Shown: positions 24,040 to 36,010 of the stretch, in pieces
How positions within the stretch are numbered: position 1 is the first letter of the stretch
Layout: each line of letters begins with the position of its first letter
NCBI GenBank assembly: GCA_032718475.1
Contig: JAUCBJ010000973.1
Location: forward strand, 1 to 53,088
Reading direction: 5' to 3'
Length of the DNA: 53,088 nucleotides
Origin: Nemertoderma westbladi
Taxonomy: Eukaryota; Animalia; Xenacoelomorpha
Program-made: the position numbers and the translations under genes
Notes under the pieces: model-generated
Told to the model about the DNA's origin: nothing
What the model saw: only the letters and a program-made list of their open reading frames with translations
Database searches by the model: none

Positions 24040-24760
24040 GTAGGCCGCCCGCCGTATCCGTGTAGAGGTAACTTCTAGGCCGCCCGCCGTATCCGTGTAG
24101 AGGTAACTTCTAGGCCGCCGTATCCGTGTAGAGGTAACTTCTAGCCCGCCGTATCCGTGTAGAGGTAACTTCTAGCCCGCCGTATCCGTGTAGAGGTAAC
24201 TTCTAGGCCGCCCGCCGTATCCGTGTAGAGGTAACTTCTAGCCCGCCGTATCCGTGTAGAGGTAACTTCTAGCCCGCCGTATCCGTGTAGAGGTAACTTC
24301 TAGGCCGCCCGCCGTATCCGTGTAGAGGTAACTTCTAGCCCGCCGTATCCGTGTAGAGGTAACTTCTAGCCCGCCGTATCCGTGTAGAGGTAACTTCTAG
24401 CCCGCCGTATCCGTGTAGAGGTAACTTCTAGGCCGCCCGCCGTATCCGTGTAGAGGTAACTTCTAGCCCGCCGTATCCGTGTAGAGGTAACTTCTAGGCC
24501 GCCCGCCGTATCCGTGTAGAGGTAACTTATAGCCCGCCGTATCCGTGTAGAGGTAACTTCTAGCCCGCCGTATCCGTGTAGAGGTAACTTCTAGCCCGCC
24601 GTATCTGTGTAGAGGTAACTTCTAGCCCGCCGTATCCGTGTAGAGGTAACTTCTAGCCCGCCGTATCCGTGTAGAGGTAACTTCTAGGCCGCCCGCCGTA
24701 TCCGTGTAGAGGTAACTTCTAGGCCGCCCGCCGTATCCGTGTAGAGGTAACTTCTAGGCC
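24040..24760. repeat. 31/35-bp tandem repeat (GCCCGCCGTATCCGTGTAGAGGTAACTTCTA, with or without GGCC), ~22 copies
   Basis: Direct periodicity with two length variants. Confidence 0.95.
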
Positions 24761-25240
24761 CAATAAACTATGACGTAAACGTTTCCGCTCATCTAGATGA
24801 GGCAAATATAAACCGAATAAACCCGAACCGTCCCTACCGGTCGCCGGGGCAACCCGCCCGACGATACTGAATCTGGAATCTGTTTGTCATTCCGGTGGCC
24901 GATAACCGATACGAGATTTCTAAAAGTGTCGACTCAAATAGAAGAAAGAATAAAGTAAACTCAAACAATTACATAATAATTATTATTTAATTGGAAAGTT
25001 GGCGCACATACAGAAAAAATAGCACAATTATACTTAAGAGTTAGCCAGTATATGTAACGTTTAAATTTTTGAGTAAATCGTCACAATCTAGACGAAAATC
25101 GAGTATTTCAGTTCCCATTGAAACCCAAAATTTTAGAATGACATCATTGCCATAGAAAGAAAGAAATCAAATTCAGATAGTGCCACATTACTAAATACCC
25201 CAAGCTATAACTAATTGAAGATATAGTTCAGTATCCTTGT

Positions 25241-25875
25241 ATAACAACTATTTACATACTTGTGTGTAAAGTAGCACTTTACAGTGTGATGAGCCGAGTG
25301 GTTTTGTTACACGAACGAACGTTAGTGAGTGAGTGAAAATAAAGCCACGAGGATCAAAACACTGTAAAGTACTTTGCAACAAGTATGTATGTAGTTTTAT
25401 TCCAAAATTTTAACATTACGAAATGATTGTATATACATTATAAGTGATAGAAACTGCACAAATTATATTAGTTGCTGTATAGATAAATGTAAAAATGACA
25501 TAAATTATGTTATAAATAAGTTAGCTTATATTTATGGTGGCGTTTGGAGCCATGTTAATAGTTTATAGCTACTGGTTATTAATAGCTATACCACGCCTAC
25601 CGGTAGGTAATGCAGTAGGCCTATCTGGCTATCAGGCAAATTTCTACCTTTGTTTACGTGGTAACCAATGACGGCGTTAAGCAATGACCACTAGGGGGAC
25701 ATTACTTAAAGCCGTCATGGTTACCACGTAAACAATAACACCAAATACAATACTAAATATACAGGCCAATACAATGCTGTAATGTCCTCTAAAGTTTTAA
25801 AGTGCTAAATAACAAATCGCTGTTAATACTAACGGCGTTGAGTAATGTTACAATTTTGGAATAAAATATGTTATA
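25241..25875. mobile_element. Non-coding element built from nested inverted repeats
   Basis: Hairpin ~25253..25389 (TACATACTTGT..ACTTTACAGTGT / ACACTGTAAAGT..ACAAGTATGTA); TTTTATTCCAAAATT (~25395) pairs with AATTTTGGAATAAAA (~25853); internal hairpin 25651..25735. Confidence 0.5.
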
Positions 25876-26695
25876 TAAAGAGTATTCATGGCAATGATTG
25901 CATTCTAGAACTACGTAATTTTATATTATTAAAGTCATGTATCGTTTGGCTTTCGATAGGAACTGTCAACATATTGCGTTTTGGTTACTAAACAATATAA
26001 CCCTTAAATATACTGGCGAACATCCCGCTGTACGGTATAGTAGTAAAAATCACAAGAAATAAACCCAGACAATTAAATTAACATCAATAAAAATATAGTC
26101 TTAATAATATTGTACTAAAGTACTAACAGGTTTGGTGTTACAATTGATTGCTTCTCAGAGACAATAAGCCCCGTTGTATATTGCAAGTGAGTTCGTGTAT
26201 CTGGGAGATTATGGAATTAATATTTCCGTCTTAAGGGTAAGGTAGTAGTGGAATATTATTACTCGAGTCAATAAAAACTAATTTATAATTAATGATAGAG
26301 AGAGTGTTTATTTATAATATAGATCGTCAATTATACGAAATAGTGTACGGAGCAAGGGAGAATGCAAATTATTTTAAAACCAAAACAATAAATGAAACTC
26401 ATTTTCAACTTTTAGTTGGTTATATAGAGTTATAGTAAAATAAAATATATAAAAAGTGTGACAATTTTAATTTGTTTACTATAGTTATATAGACACATAA
26501 ACTTCATTAAATCAGGGTTATAGACATTTCTACAATGTAGTGGAACAGACTCTATATCTTCCTATTCACCCAAAATATTACTGTCTCACAAGATGCGGCA
26601 TCTGATATTTCAACTGCTACCAAATAAAAATAAAAATATTCATCCAAAACCACCAGGAATTGCTTAAATATAAACTATAAACCGCGGCACGTTTA

Positions 26696-27182
26696 CTAAA
26701 GTTCCTCCTTCCGCGACGTATGCTCCCTGTATGCTGCGGAATGTTCCAGGAGGAACGCCTCGAACCCCTCCACAGTTTGCTCCCCAGTGTACTCAACCGG
26801 TTCCGTTTTCTTCCCTTTCCCACCGAAATAAACAGCAGGAAAGGGCGGCGTAGCGTAGGCTGGGTGCCCTTCGTTGTTGGCTCCGTCCATCTGCGCCACA
26901 AACAACCCCGGGACCTCCCGCAACCGGGTCGCCAACTCCAGATAAACCGGCTCCAACTTCCTACAAGAACCGCAATACGGCGCCCCCAGATTCATTAGAA
27001 CATCCTTATCTGAGTCCAATACGAACTTCTTGAATGTCGACCCCACAACAACGTATACCGGGCCTTTCTGTGACTTGGGGACCAGCTCGCTCTTAAGTAC
27101 AGGCTCCCCAGTGCCCCCTTGGAAGGCGTCAAGGAACTCGGGAAAGTCCTCCCAAAAATCATCGCTCGGTTCCATGGCGTAC
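26696..27182 (-). CDS. PDIA4: PDIA4 exon 5 (a' domain with CGSC, C-terminal KEEL)
   Basis: Acceptor CCGCAG|G; encodes YAMEP..GPVYVVVGSTF..APYCGSCRKLEP..KEEL*. Confidence 0.9.
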
Positions 27183-30100
27183 CTGCGGCATAATCAGTAG
27201 ATTGAATAACTGAAAGTAAATAGCCCAAAAACTGGAAGTAAATAGCCGAAAAACTGAAAGTAAATAAAAATAACCGTAAAACTGAAAGTAAGTAGCCATA
27301 AAACTGAAAGCAAATAACCGTAAAACTGAAAGTAAATAAAAATAACCGTAAAACTGAAAGTAAGTAGCCATAAAACTGAAAGTAAATAACCGTAAAACTG
27401 AAAGTAAATAAAAATAACCGTAAAACTGAAAGTAAGTAGCCATAAAACTGAAAGTAAATAACCGTAAAACTGAAAGTAAATAAAAATAACCGTAAAACTG
27501 AAAGTAAGTAGCCATAAAACTGAAAGCAAATAACCGTAAAACTGAAAGTAAGTAGCCATAAAACTGAAAGCAAATAACCGTAAAACTGAAAGTAAATAAA
27601 AATAACCGTAAAACTGAAAGTAAGTAGCCATAAAACTGAAAGTAAATAACCGTAAAACTGAAAGTAAATAAAAATAACCGTAAAACTGAAAGTAAGTAGC
27701 CATAAAACTGAAAGTAAATAACCGTAAAACTGAAAGTAAATAAAAATAACCGTAAAACTGAAAGTAAGTAGCCATAAAACTGAAAGCAAATAACCGTAAA
27801 ACTGAAAGTAAATAAAAATAACCGTAAAACTGAAAGTAAGTAGCCATAAAACTGAAAGTAAATAACCGTAAAACTGAAAGTAAATAGCCATAAAACTGAA
27901 AGTAAATAACCGTAAAACTGAAAGTAAATAAAAATAACCGTAAAACTGAAAGTAAGTAGCCATAAAACTGAAAGCAAATAACCGTAAAACTGAAAGTAAA
28001 TAAAAATAACCGTAAAACTGAAAGTAAGTAGCCATAAAACTGAAAGTAAATAACCGTAAAACTGAAAGTAAATAGCCATAAAACTGAAAGTAAATAACCG
28101 TAAAACTGAAAGTAAATACCCGAAAAAGTGAAAGTCAATAGCTTAATAACTGAAAGTAAATAGCCGTAAAACTGAAAGTAAATAGCTTAATAACTGAAAG
28201 TAAATAGCCGTAAAACTGAAAGTAAATAAAAATAACCGTAAAACTGAAAGTAAGTAGCCATAAAACTGAAAGTAAATAACCGTAAAACTGAAAGTAAATA
28301 GCCATAAAACTGAAAGTAAATAACCGTAAAACTGAAAGTAAATAAAAATAACCGTAAAACTGAAAGTAAGTAGCCATAAAACTGAAAGCAAATAACCGTA
28401 AAACTGAAAGTAAATAAAAATAACCGTAAAACTGAAAGTAAGTAGCCATAAAACTGAAAGTAAATAACCGTAAAACTGAAAGTAAATAGCCATAAAACTG
28501 AAAGTAAATAACCGTAAAACTGAAAGTAAATAAAAATAACCGTAAAACTGAAAGTAAGTAGCCATAAAACTGAAAGCAAATAACCGTAAAACTGAAAGTA
28601 AATAAAAATAACCGTAAAACTGAAAGTAAGTAGCCATAAAACTGAAAGTAAATAACCGTAAAACTGAAAGTAAATAGCCATAAAACTGAAAGTAAATAAC
28701 CGTAAAACTGAAAGTAAATACCCGAAAAAGTGAAAGTCAATAGCTTAATAACTGAAAGTAAATAGCCGTAAAACTGAAAGTAAATAGCTTAATAACTGAA
28801 AGTAAATAGCCGTAAAACTGAAAGTAAACAGCTGAAAATCTGAAAGTAAACATATCCACAGTATAAACTTTAACCATTTCCGTGTCACTCACCTGCGACC
28901 GTCCCGCGCGTAGCAACCAGCGTTAATGCTCTCCCCGCTATCTGCCAGACGCAGTTCCTCCAACTCTTCCCTCATCTTCTCATCGTCAGCGATCGCGAAA
29001 TGAATCTCCCGCCGCTGATTGGCTACTTTGAGTACGCGTTTCCGCAGCCACTGAGTAGACCGATGTTCCTCCTCGCTGCCCCACTCAACAGTACCAAAGA
29101 CAACACACAACGGCCGACCACCATACTCCCTTCCTGTGAGAAAGTAAACTAATGATCAACAAATCATTATGAGAATGAAAAACAAGTCAAGGAAATTTAA
29201 CTTTAATTAAGGAACTAATGATATTTTCCCCATATCATCCATAATATTTGTAGGATAAAATTAATATTTGGTGAGCACCCATCTAATATATGAATAAAAA
29301 AAAAGTTAAAAAAATATAACATTTAACAACTGCCAGCGGAGTTAATAAAGGGTCGAGAGAATATAGAAAATATAGAGCGAAGTAGTGTAACAAAATAAAC
29401 TGAACTGCAGACACTATATAGTTGACTGAACTGCAGACACTATATAGTTGACTGAACTGCAGACACTATATAGTTGACTGAACTGCAGACACTATATAGT
29501 TGACTGAACTGCAGACACTATATAGTTGACTGAACTGCAGACACTATATAGTTGACTGAACTGCAGACACTATATAGTTGACTGAACTGCAGACACTATA
29601 TAGTTGACTGAACTGCAGACACTATATAGTTGACTGAACTGCAGACACTATATAGTTGACTGAACTGCAGACACTATATAGTTGACTGAACTGCAGACAC
29701 TATATAGTTGACTGAACTGCAGACACTATATAGTTGACTGAACTGCAGACACTATATAGTTGACTGAACTGCAGACACTATATAGTTGACTGAACTGCAG
29801 ACACTATATAGTTGACTGAACTGCAGACACTATATAGTTGACTGAACTGCAGACACTATATAGTTGACTGAACTGCAGACACTATATAGTTGACTGAACT
29901 GCAGACACTATATAGTTGACTGAACTGCAGACACTATATAGTTGACTGAACTGCAGACACTATATAGTTGACTGAACTGCAGACACTATATAGTTGACTG
30001 AACTGCAGACACTATATAGTTGACTGAACTGCAGACACTATATAGTTGACTGAACTGCAGACACTATATAGTTGACTGAACTGCAGACACTATATAGTTG

Positions 30101-33100
30101 ACTGAACTGCAGACACTATATAGTTGACTGAACTGCAGACACTATATAGTTGACTGAACTGCAGACACTATATAGTTGACTGAACTGCAGACACTATATA
30201 GTTGACTGAACTGCAGACACTATATAGTTGACTGAACTGCAGACACTATATAGTTGACTGAACTGCAGACACTATATAGTTGACTGAACTGCAGACACTA
30301 TATAGTTGACTGAACTGCAGACACTATATAGTTGACTGAACTGCAGACACTATATAGTTGACTGAACTGCAGACACTATATAGTTGACTGAACTGCAGAC
30401 ACTATATAGTTGACTGAACTGCAGACACTATATAGTTGACTGAACTGCAGACACTATATAGTTGACTGAACTGCAGACACTATATAGTTGACTGAACTGC
30501 AGACACTATATAGTTGACTGAACTGCAGACACTATATAGTTGACTGAACTGCAGACACTATATAGTTGACTGAACTGCAGACACTATATAGTTGACTGAA
30601 CTGCAGACACTATATAGTTGACTGAACTGCAGACACTATATAGTTGACTGAACTGCAGACACTATATAGTTGACTGAACTGCAGACACTATATAGTTGAC
30701 TGAACTGCAGACACTATATAGTTGACTGAACTGCAGACACTATATAGTTGACTGAACTGCAGACACTATATAGTTGACTGAACTGCAGACACTATATAGT
30801 TGACTGAACTGCAGACACTATATAGTTGACTGAACTGCAGACACTATATAGTTGACTGAACTGCAGACACTATATAGTTGACTGAACTGCAGACACTATA
30901 TAGTTGACTGAACTGCAGACACTATATAGTTGACTGAACTGCAGACACTATATAGTTGACTGAACTGCAGACACTATATAGTTGACTGAACTGCAGACAC
31001 TATATAGTTGACTGAACTGCAGACACTATATAGTTGACTGAACTGCAGACACTATATAGTTGACTGAACTGCAGACACTATATAGTTGACTGAACTGCAG
31101 ACACTATATAGTTGACTGAACTGCAGACACTATATAGTTGACTGAACTGCAGACACTATATAGTTGACTGAACTGCAGACACTATATAGTTGACTGAACT
31201 GCAGACACTATATAGTTGACAAATCAATAAATGTTTGAAGAATAACTGCGGGGGGGGGGGGGGTGGGGGGTGTCACTGTAATATACGATATTTTATTACT
31301 AATATTATTATATAAGTATATTTGACACCCCAGAAGGGAGATATAGAGTAAGTATGTGAAGACACAAGGATATGGTGTAATAATTATTAGAATATTATTA
31401 TTAAAAGTATTTACAAAGCGCCGAATACACGGTGTTCTAGGCGCAGAGTAAAAGTTATAGACATGTTGTAAAAATAACTTAAAGAAAATGCTCAATAAAT
31501 AAAAAAAATTAAAGTGATGATAGTAGTTCTAATTGTAGGCTTTACGAAAGATGTGTGTCTTCAAATGGTTCTTAAATAAGTTTAGGGTAGATCCGTACTA
31601 GTCGATATTTAGAAAATTTATTTCTTTACAAATTCTGTTTTTAAGTCATTGAATGTGTGAACAGAAACTGCATATAGGAAAAACACAGATAGGGGGGGAA
31701 CTGGACGAAATAAAAATTCATCCCTCTCCAGGGGAAATTGGACGCAAATAACAGCTGATTACTCTCAAAAATACAACTGAAACCTGTTCTATTGTGTTTA
31801 GTTTATTGTTTTGGTTAAAATAACGTGCCACTGTAACCTGCTCCTTTCCTTAAATTGAGAATTTAACATTGAGGGGGGATATTAATTTGTCAAGGCGGGT
31901 TTTGCGTCCAGTCCTTCCCAATCTGTAACCTACCCTGCGTCGTCGCCGAGTACTCCCCCACTAGGGGGCGTCTGTGGGATTCGATCCACTCGACTATCTG
32001 TGAACGCGATGCCGTCACGTCGTCCAACTCGTGAACTTCCGGTTCGAACTCGGACCGGAAGCGGCGTTGATGCGTCAGCTTCAGGTGAGGACGGCTCGCG
32101 TGCGACGGATCCACCACGTAACCGAACTTATAATCCTCGCGCTTCACGTTGGCCACGTCGTCGAACGTCGCCGCTAGGGGGTGCTCGAGTGTCGGGAAGT
32201 AGCCGACCACATAGACCAGCTTGGCGAAGTCCTTCTCGTTGTAGAAGCCACGGAGGCTGGCGCGACTGGAGGGGTCGATGGGGAAACTCGAAGGGACCAG
32301 AAGTTTAATCAACTCCGTCTAATAATAAGAGCAATATAATCGGTAATAGCAGGATAAAGTAATACTTTATGTTCCTAGTAATAATAATAAATATGGAGAC
32401 TATCGCTTAGTTACAAGGACAGATTATTCGTACAAATTCCAATCTAGACAAATCAACTATGTTGATTTTCAATCAAGGGAAAGGAGCAGGTTTTAGCGAC
32501 ATGTTATTATCACCAAAACAATAACCGAGAGACACTACCACTGCGCAGGAAATTTTAGGAGGTTCTCAGCAGTTATATTTTAACTCAAGAAAAAAATGCA
32601 TAAAGGGGAGAGTAACAGTAAATCTTCTCTTCCCGGGGAGATTCAACGTATATAAGAGCTGATTACTTTAAAAAATAAAACCCTATCAAACCAATAACCA
32701 TATCTAATTAGCATTTGCTTTAGTTTATTATTTTGGTTATAATAACGCCACTGTAACTTGCTCCTATCCCTTACATTATTAATTATCACTATCAGATGAG
32801 GCCCGAGATGGAAAATCCCCGCTATAGAGAAAATACAGAATCGGAACTGCTCTCGCAATAGTATTTACCGGCGCAGGTTCAAATCCGAATGAAGGCTTTA
32901 TAAATTTTGCTCTGTAGTGTCCCTCGGTAAGACACTTCAGACATAGTGCTTTAGCAAACCCAGCGATGGAATGGGAACCTGGCTACTGCTGAGGGAGTAA
33001 AGAAAGGGTTGGATGGTTATGGAGTGTACAACCTAGGGAGTTAGTGAGGCGTTTCCCTGCTTTATAGGTAACAGCCAAGAGAGAGGAGCCTTTGGGTTGC

Positions 33101-34571
33101 CTCGGGTGTTTTGTATTTTACACGTTCACCGATCGTTTTACTTTAATTACATTAGATAATCGTGAGTATTCAGACACTGTTGGCCTAATGGGATACAGTA
33201 AACCCACCTCTATATCGGTTGAACCACGTCCCCCGTGCGTGTAATCGTACCCCCGTCCGTACCGGAACACTTTCAACGTCGGGTAGTTAGTCACGTTGTA
33301 CTGCTGGGCCAGCTCCGTAGCAATCGATCCATCCACACGCACCACCTGGATCCCACTGTCTTCCACGCGCTCCGCGACTGTCTCCAGTTGGTTCAGCAAC
33401 GGGCGACACTCGTTGCACCACGGAGACACGAACTCGACTAAAGCGAGCTCAACCGAGTCCAATCGCTGGTGAAACTCGGACTCGGTGATTTCCGGCACCT
33501 AGAAATGCGGTAGATACGAAATTAAAACGATCGTAAAGCCTTTAAACTTGTTAGGATTTTACTATAACGATTAGTGAAAACTCGATGTGTTTTGTGATAC
33601 ATCAGTTGCACTTCGTGAGTAGTAAGTAGTTAGTAACATAATAGGTAGAAAAAAAGCCCAATAAATAGATGAGTTTTATCACAAAGTCAGACAATTCCAA
33701 TAAAAAATACTTACCGTATGGAATTGGCCCTGCCAAAACTACAAAAGATACAATCGTTTTCACCGGTTTTAATGGTAAAATCCGAAACCTCTACACATTG
33801 GTATCAAATCCACGGCTTATTTTTCATTTTTGGGCCTCGAAATTGTACACAAAGTAGGCTAATTGTTATTTTAACTTGACATCTTGGTTATTATAAATGT
33901 GTAGAAAACCGAAATTTCAGATATCGTTACTTAAAAAAAGACAAATAATAAATAAAATTAATTAATTATTTAAATTAAATTAATTAATTACACAATTAAT
34001 TGAATAACAATAAATTATAATAGGTTATGGATACCTTTGTAGGTGGTGGTTTATATGCGGGACTAGCGACTTCAATAAGTCTGTTGTAAAGGGAATCGGG
34101 ATCACGGTTTCCGTCGTAGTCTATACGAGTAGTGGAATTACCTCGGAACAGCATTATAGTCGGGTACCCCGATACGCCGAATCGCTGCGCCAACGCCGTC
34201 TCTACGGTGGCGTCGATCTTACAAAACGCTACATTATCATCCTCTACAACCTTAGAAGCAGCTTCTTTATAAGAAGGGGCCAACGACTTACAGTGGCCGC
34301 ACCAAGGCGCGTAGAACTCAACCATAACAGCTGAGTGAGAGTTTATAACATCCTCAAAGTTCCTATCGGTGAGTACTAATACATTATCTGGGTCGTCATC
34401 CTCTAACTCTTCTAGGTCTTGCTCTAACTCCTCGGTGGCATCCTCTTCTAGGTCATCGATAGTCTCATCAGGTTTGACGACCGACTCCTCGATAATATCC
34501 TCGGGGGTTTCTGTTTGATACAATCCGCATTGCAGAAGGAGCAAGGTAAGGAAGAGAGACAACGCCATCAT
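26696..34571 (-). CDS. PDIA4: Protein disulfide-isomerase A4 (ERp72), 5 exons: complement(join(26696..27182,28893..29133,31934..32318,33208..33498,34035..34571)), 646 aa
   Basis: Signal peptide, acidic tract, three thioredoxin a-type domains (WCGHC, WCNEC, YCGSC), b/b' domains and C-terminal KEEL. All four introns are GT-AG and the phases (0,0,1,2) join in frame: 1941 nt including the stop. Confidence 0.92.
27207..28850. repeat. Intron-4 satellite of 22/28-bp monomers (TAAAACTGAAAGTAAATAACCG variants) with 72-bp higher-order units
   Basis: Fills almost all of PDIA4 intron 4. A rare variant block recurs 602 bp apart (ending near 28138 and 28740). Confidence 0.96.
28893..29133 (-). CDS. PDIA4: PDIA4 exon 4 (b' domain)
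   Basis: Acceptor CTCACAG|GA and donor CAG|GTGAGT; encodes RPLCVVF..TQWLRKRVLKVA..FAIADD..DSGESIN. Confidence 0.88.
29401..31220. repeat. 26-bp tandem repeat (TGAACTGCAGACACTATATAGTTGAC) x70, apparently perfect, in PDIA4 intron 3
   Basis: Register is preserved at 30181 and 30961; 1820/26 = 70. Confidence 0.98.
31375..31600 (-). mobile_element. 3' end of an L2/CR1-type LINE
   Basis: Minus strand encodes FKNHLKTHIF (the L2 ORF2 C-terminal FK..LKT.LF pattern), followed by a GCGCC...GGCGC stem and an ATT-type tail. Confidence 0.55.
31686..31925 (-). mobile_element. Complete 240-bp MITE (family A) with CAGAT-GGG..ACTGGACG TIRs
   Basis: Ends are CAGATAGGGGGGGAACTGGACGAAA and TTTGCGTCCAGTCCTTCCCAATCTG. 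Flanks are CA and TA (possibly a degraded TA TSD). Inserted 8 nt into PDIA4 intron 3. Confidence 0.82.
31934..32318 (-). CDS. PDIA4: PDIA4 exon 3 (b domain)
   Basis: Acceptor TATTAG|ACG and donor CAGG|GTAGGT; encodes REDYKFGY..FRSEFEP..RPLVGEY. Confidence 0.88.
32870..33120 (+). mobile_element. tRNA-derived SINE remnant with a Deu/Nin-like central domain
   Basis: B-box GGTTCAAATCC, then GTGTCCCTCGGTAAGACACTT...ACCCAGCGATGGAATGGGAACC, resembling the GTGTCCTTGGGCAAGACACTT...ACCCAG..AATGGGTACC domain. Confidence 0.6.
33208..33498 (-). CDS. PDIA4: PDIA4 exon 2 (a domain with CNEC)
   Basis: Acceptor TTTCTAG|GTG and donor GAG|GTGGGT; encodes VEFVSPWCNEC..YPTLKVFR. Confidence 0.9.
34035..34571 (-). 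CDS. PDIA4: PDIA4 exon 1 (signal peptide, acidic tract, a0 domain with CGHC)
   Basis: ATG at 34571; donor AAG|GTATCC at 34034. Confidence 0.92.
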
Positions 34572-36010
34572 ACCGCAAGTCGGTACCTACTCGCACCAGT
34601 AGTACAGCTAGTAAATCAAACTAGACAGACGATGATGATTGATGAGAGACTATAACTGAACTAGGCCTACTACATACAAAACAAACAAGGATCAACAAGT
34701 TCTCATGTCGTAGAGCAGTAGGCCTACCATGGCAAGTCTACGTATAAGCAATCAGCCCGTGGCTGTATCTATCCTCTGCCTACTACAGCACTACCATACT
34801 AATGTACTTCACTTGAGTACTTATACAGTACGGTAACCTGGTAACAGTCAAACACTGATAGTCTACCATTGCCGTTCGAATGAGCCAATATTTAATTCGG
34901 TTTAGCGTTTGGCTGTTTGGGGACAAATTAATTCCTAATCCTAAACCAGTACTGAGTAGTGAGTACCGGTACCTACCGGTAACCTGCCGTGCTTTTACAC
35001 TTATTGACTGATTGACTTAAGCTGTACTGTTAGTACCTCAAATATCTCATAGAATGCGCCGATGGAAGTGTGTCACTGCGTTCGCGACGTTCATTGGTTG
35101 ATTGATTGCCTCTTTTTTTTTACACGCACCGTAATTAATCCTTTTAAAATACACAATAATACATGACAGCTGACAGCATGATCACCTAGATCACGTACTG
35201 TGTACTATTGTACTGAATTGATATCAACTAATGTATTCAAATGCTAGCCTGTCAGTACATCAGTATATATGTCTGCATGTCGATGATAGATTGACACAAA
35301 CAAAACACACACACGGACGCCTTTAGATGGTAGGAATAGTATGCTGCTATTTCTACATTGTTATTAATATCAGAAAAATGTCAGTATGTAACTGTCTTGC
35401 TGTGGTGAATTACACATCGCCAAATGTAAATAACAAGTGCTTAAACGTGCTAACCTGACAGAATATAATACCGACACGTGGCATTTTACTGCTGTACCGG
35501 CTGACCGGTATCTACTGGTTTATTGATTTAAAATCTGCACGGTAAGTAATTCAATTGGCTTATTTCTTTACTCAGGGAGTTCATGCATGAGAAGTAGCAA
35601 GAAGCAGTAGGTAAGTAAACAGAAAGCATGGAAGCCAGGTGTGAATGTTTTGTTGTATGTGTTGCTAGGTTACGCTGTTACCTCCACCTGTTCAAAAAAA
35701 CTATCCAGTATTGAAAAATTACCAGTAAACATTTTTTGTATGATTTAAATATCGTCCAATAATATCTTTAATATTTTGTATGTCGTGATAAGTAGTATAT
35801 TATGTAGGCCATTGTCAGGGGTTCCAGTTCAATATCCTCCAACATGAGATTTACTTTGTAAACTGCAAACGAAACGGTAATCTTGTATTGATCAAGTATT
35901 TTTACTGGCGATATGTTAACTCGTGATATTTTTACTCTCAATATTTTTAATAGATTTTTACGCGATATTTTCGATACCACTTATAATATATAAATACCAC
36001 TTGCAAATGA

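Noticed and set aside
26995-28740. Long F/Y/L-rich minus-strand ORFs in three frames
   Set aside because: They are translations of the intron-4 satellite, open in all three frames.
32870-32890. tRNA gene (GGTTCAAATCC T-loop motif)
   Set aside because: There is no cloverleaf; it is better explained as a SINE B-box.
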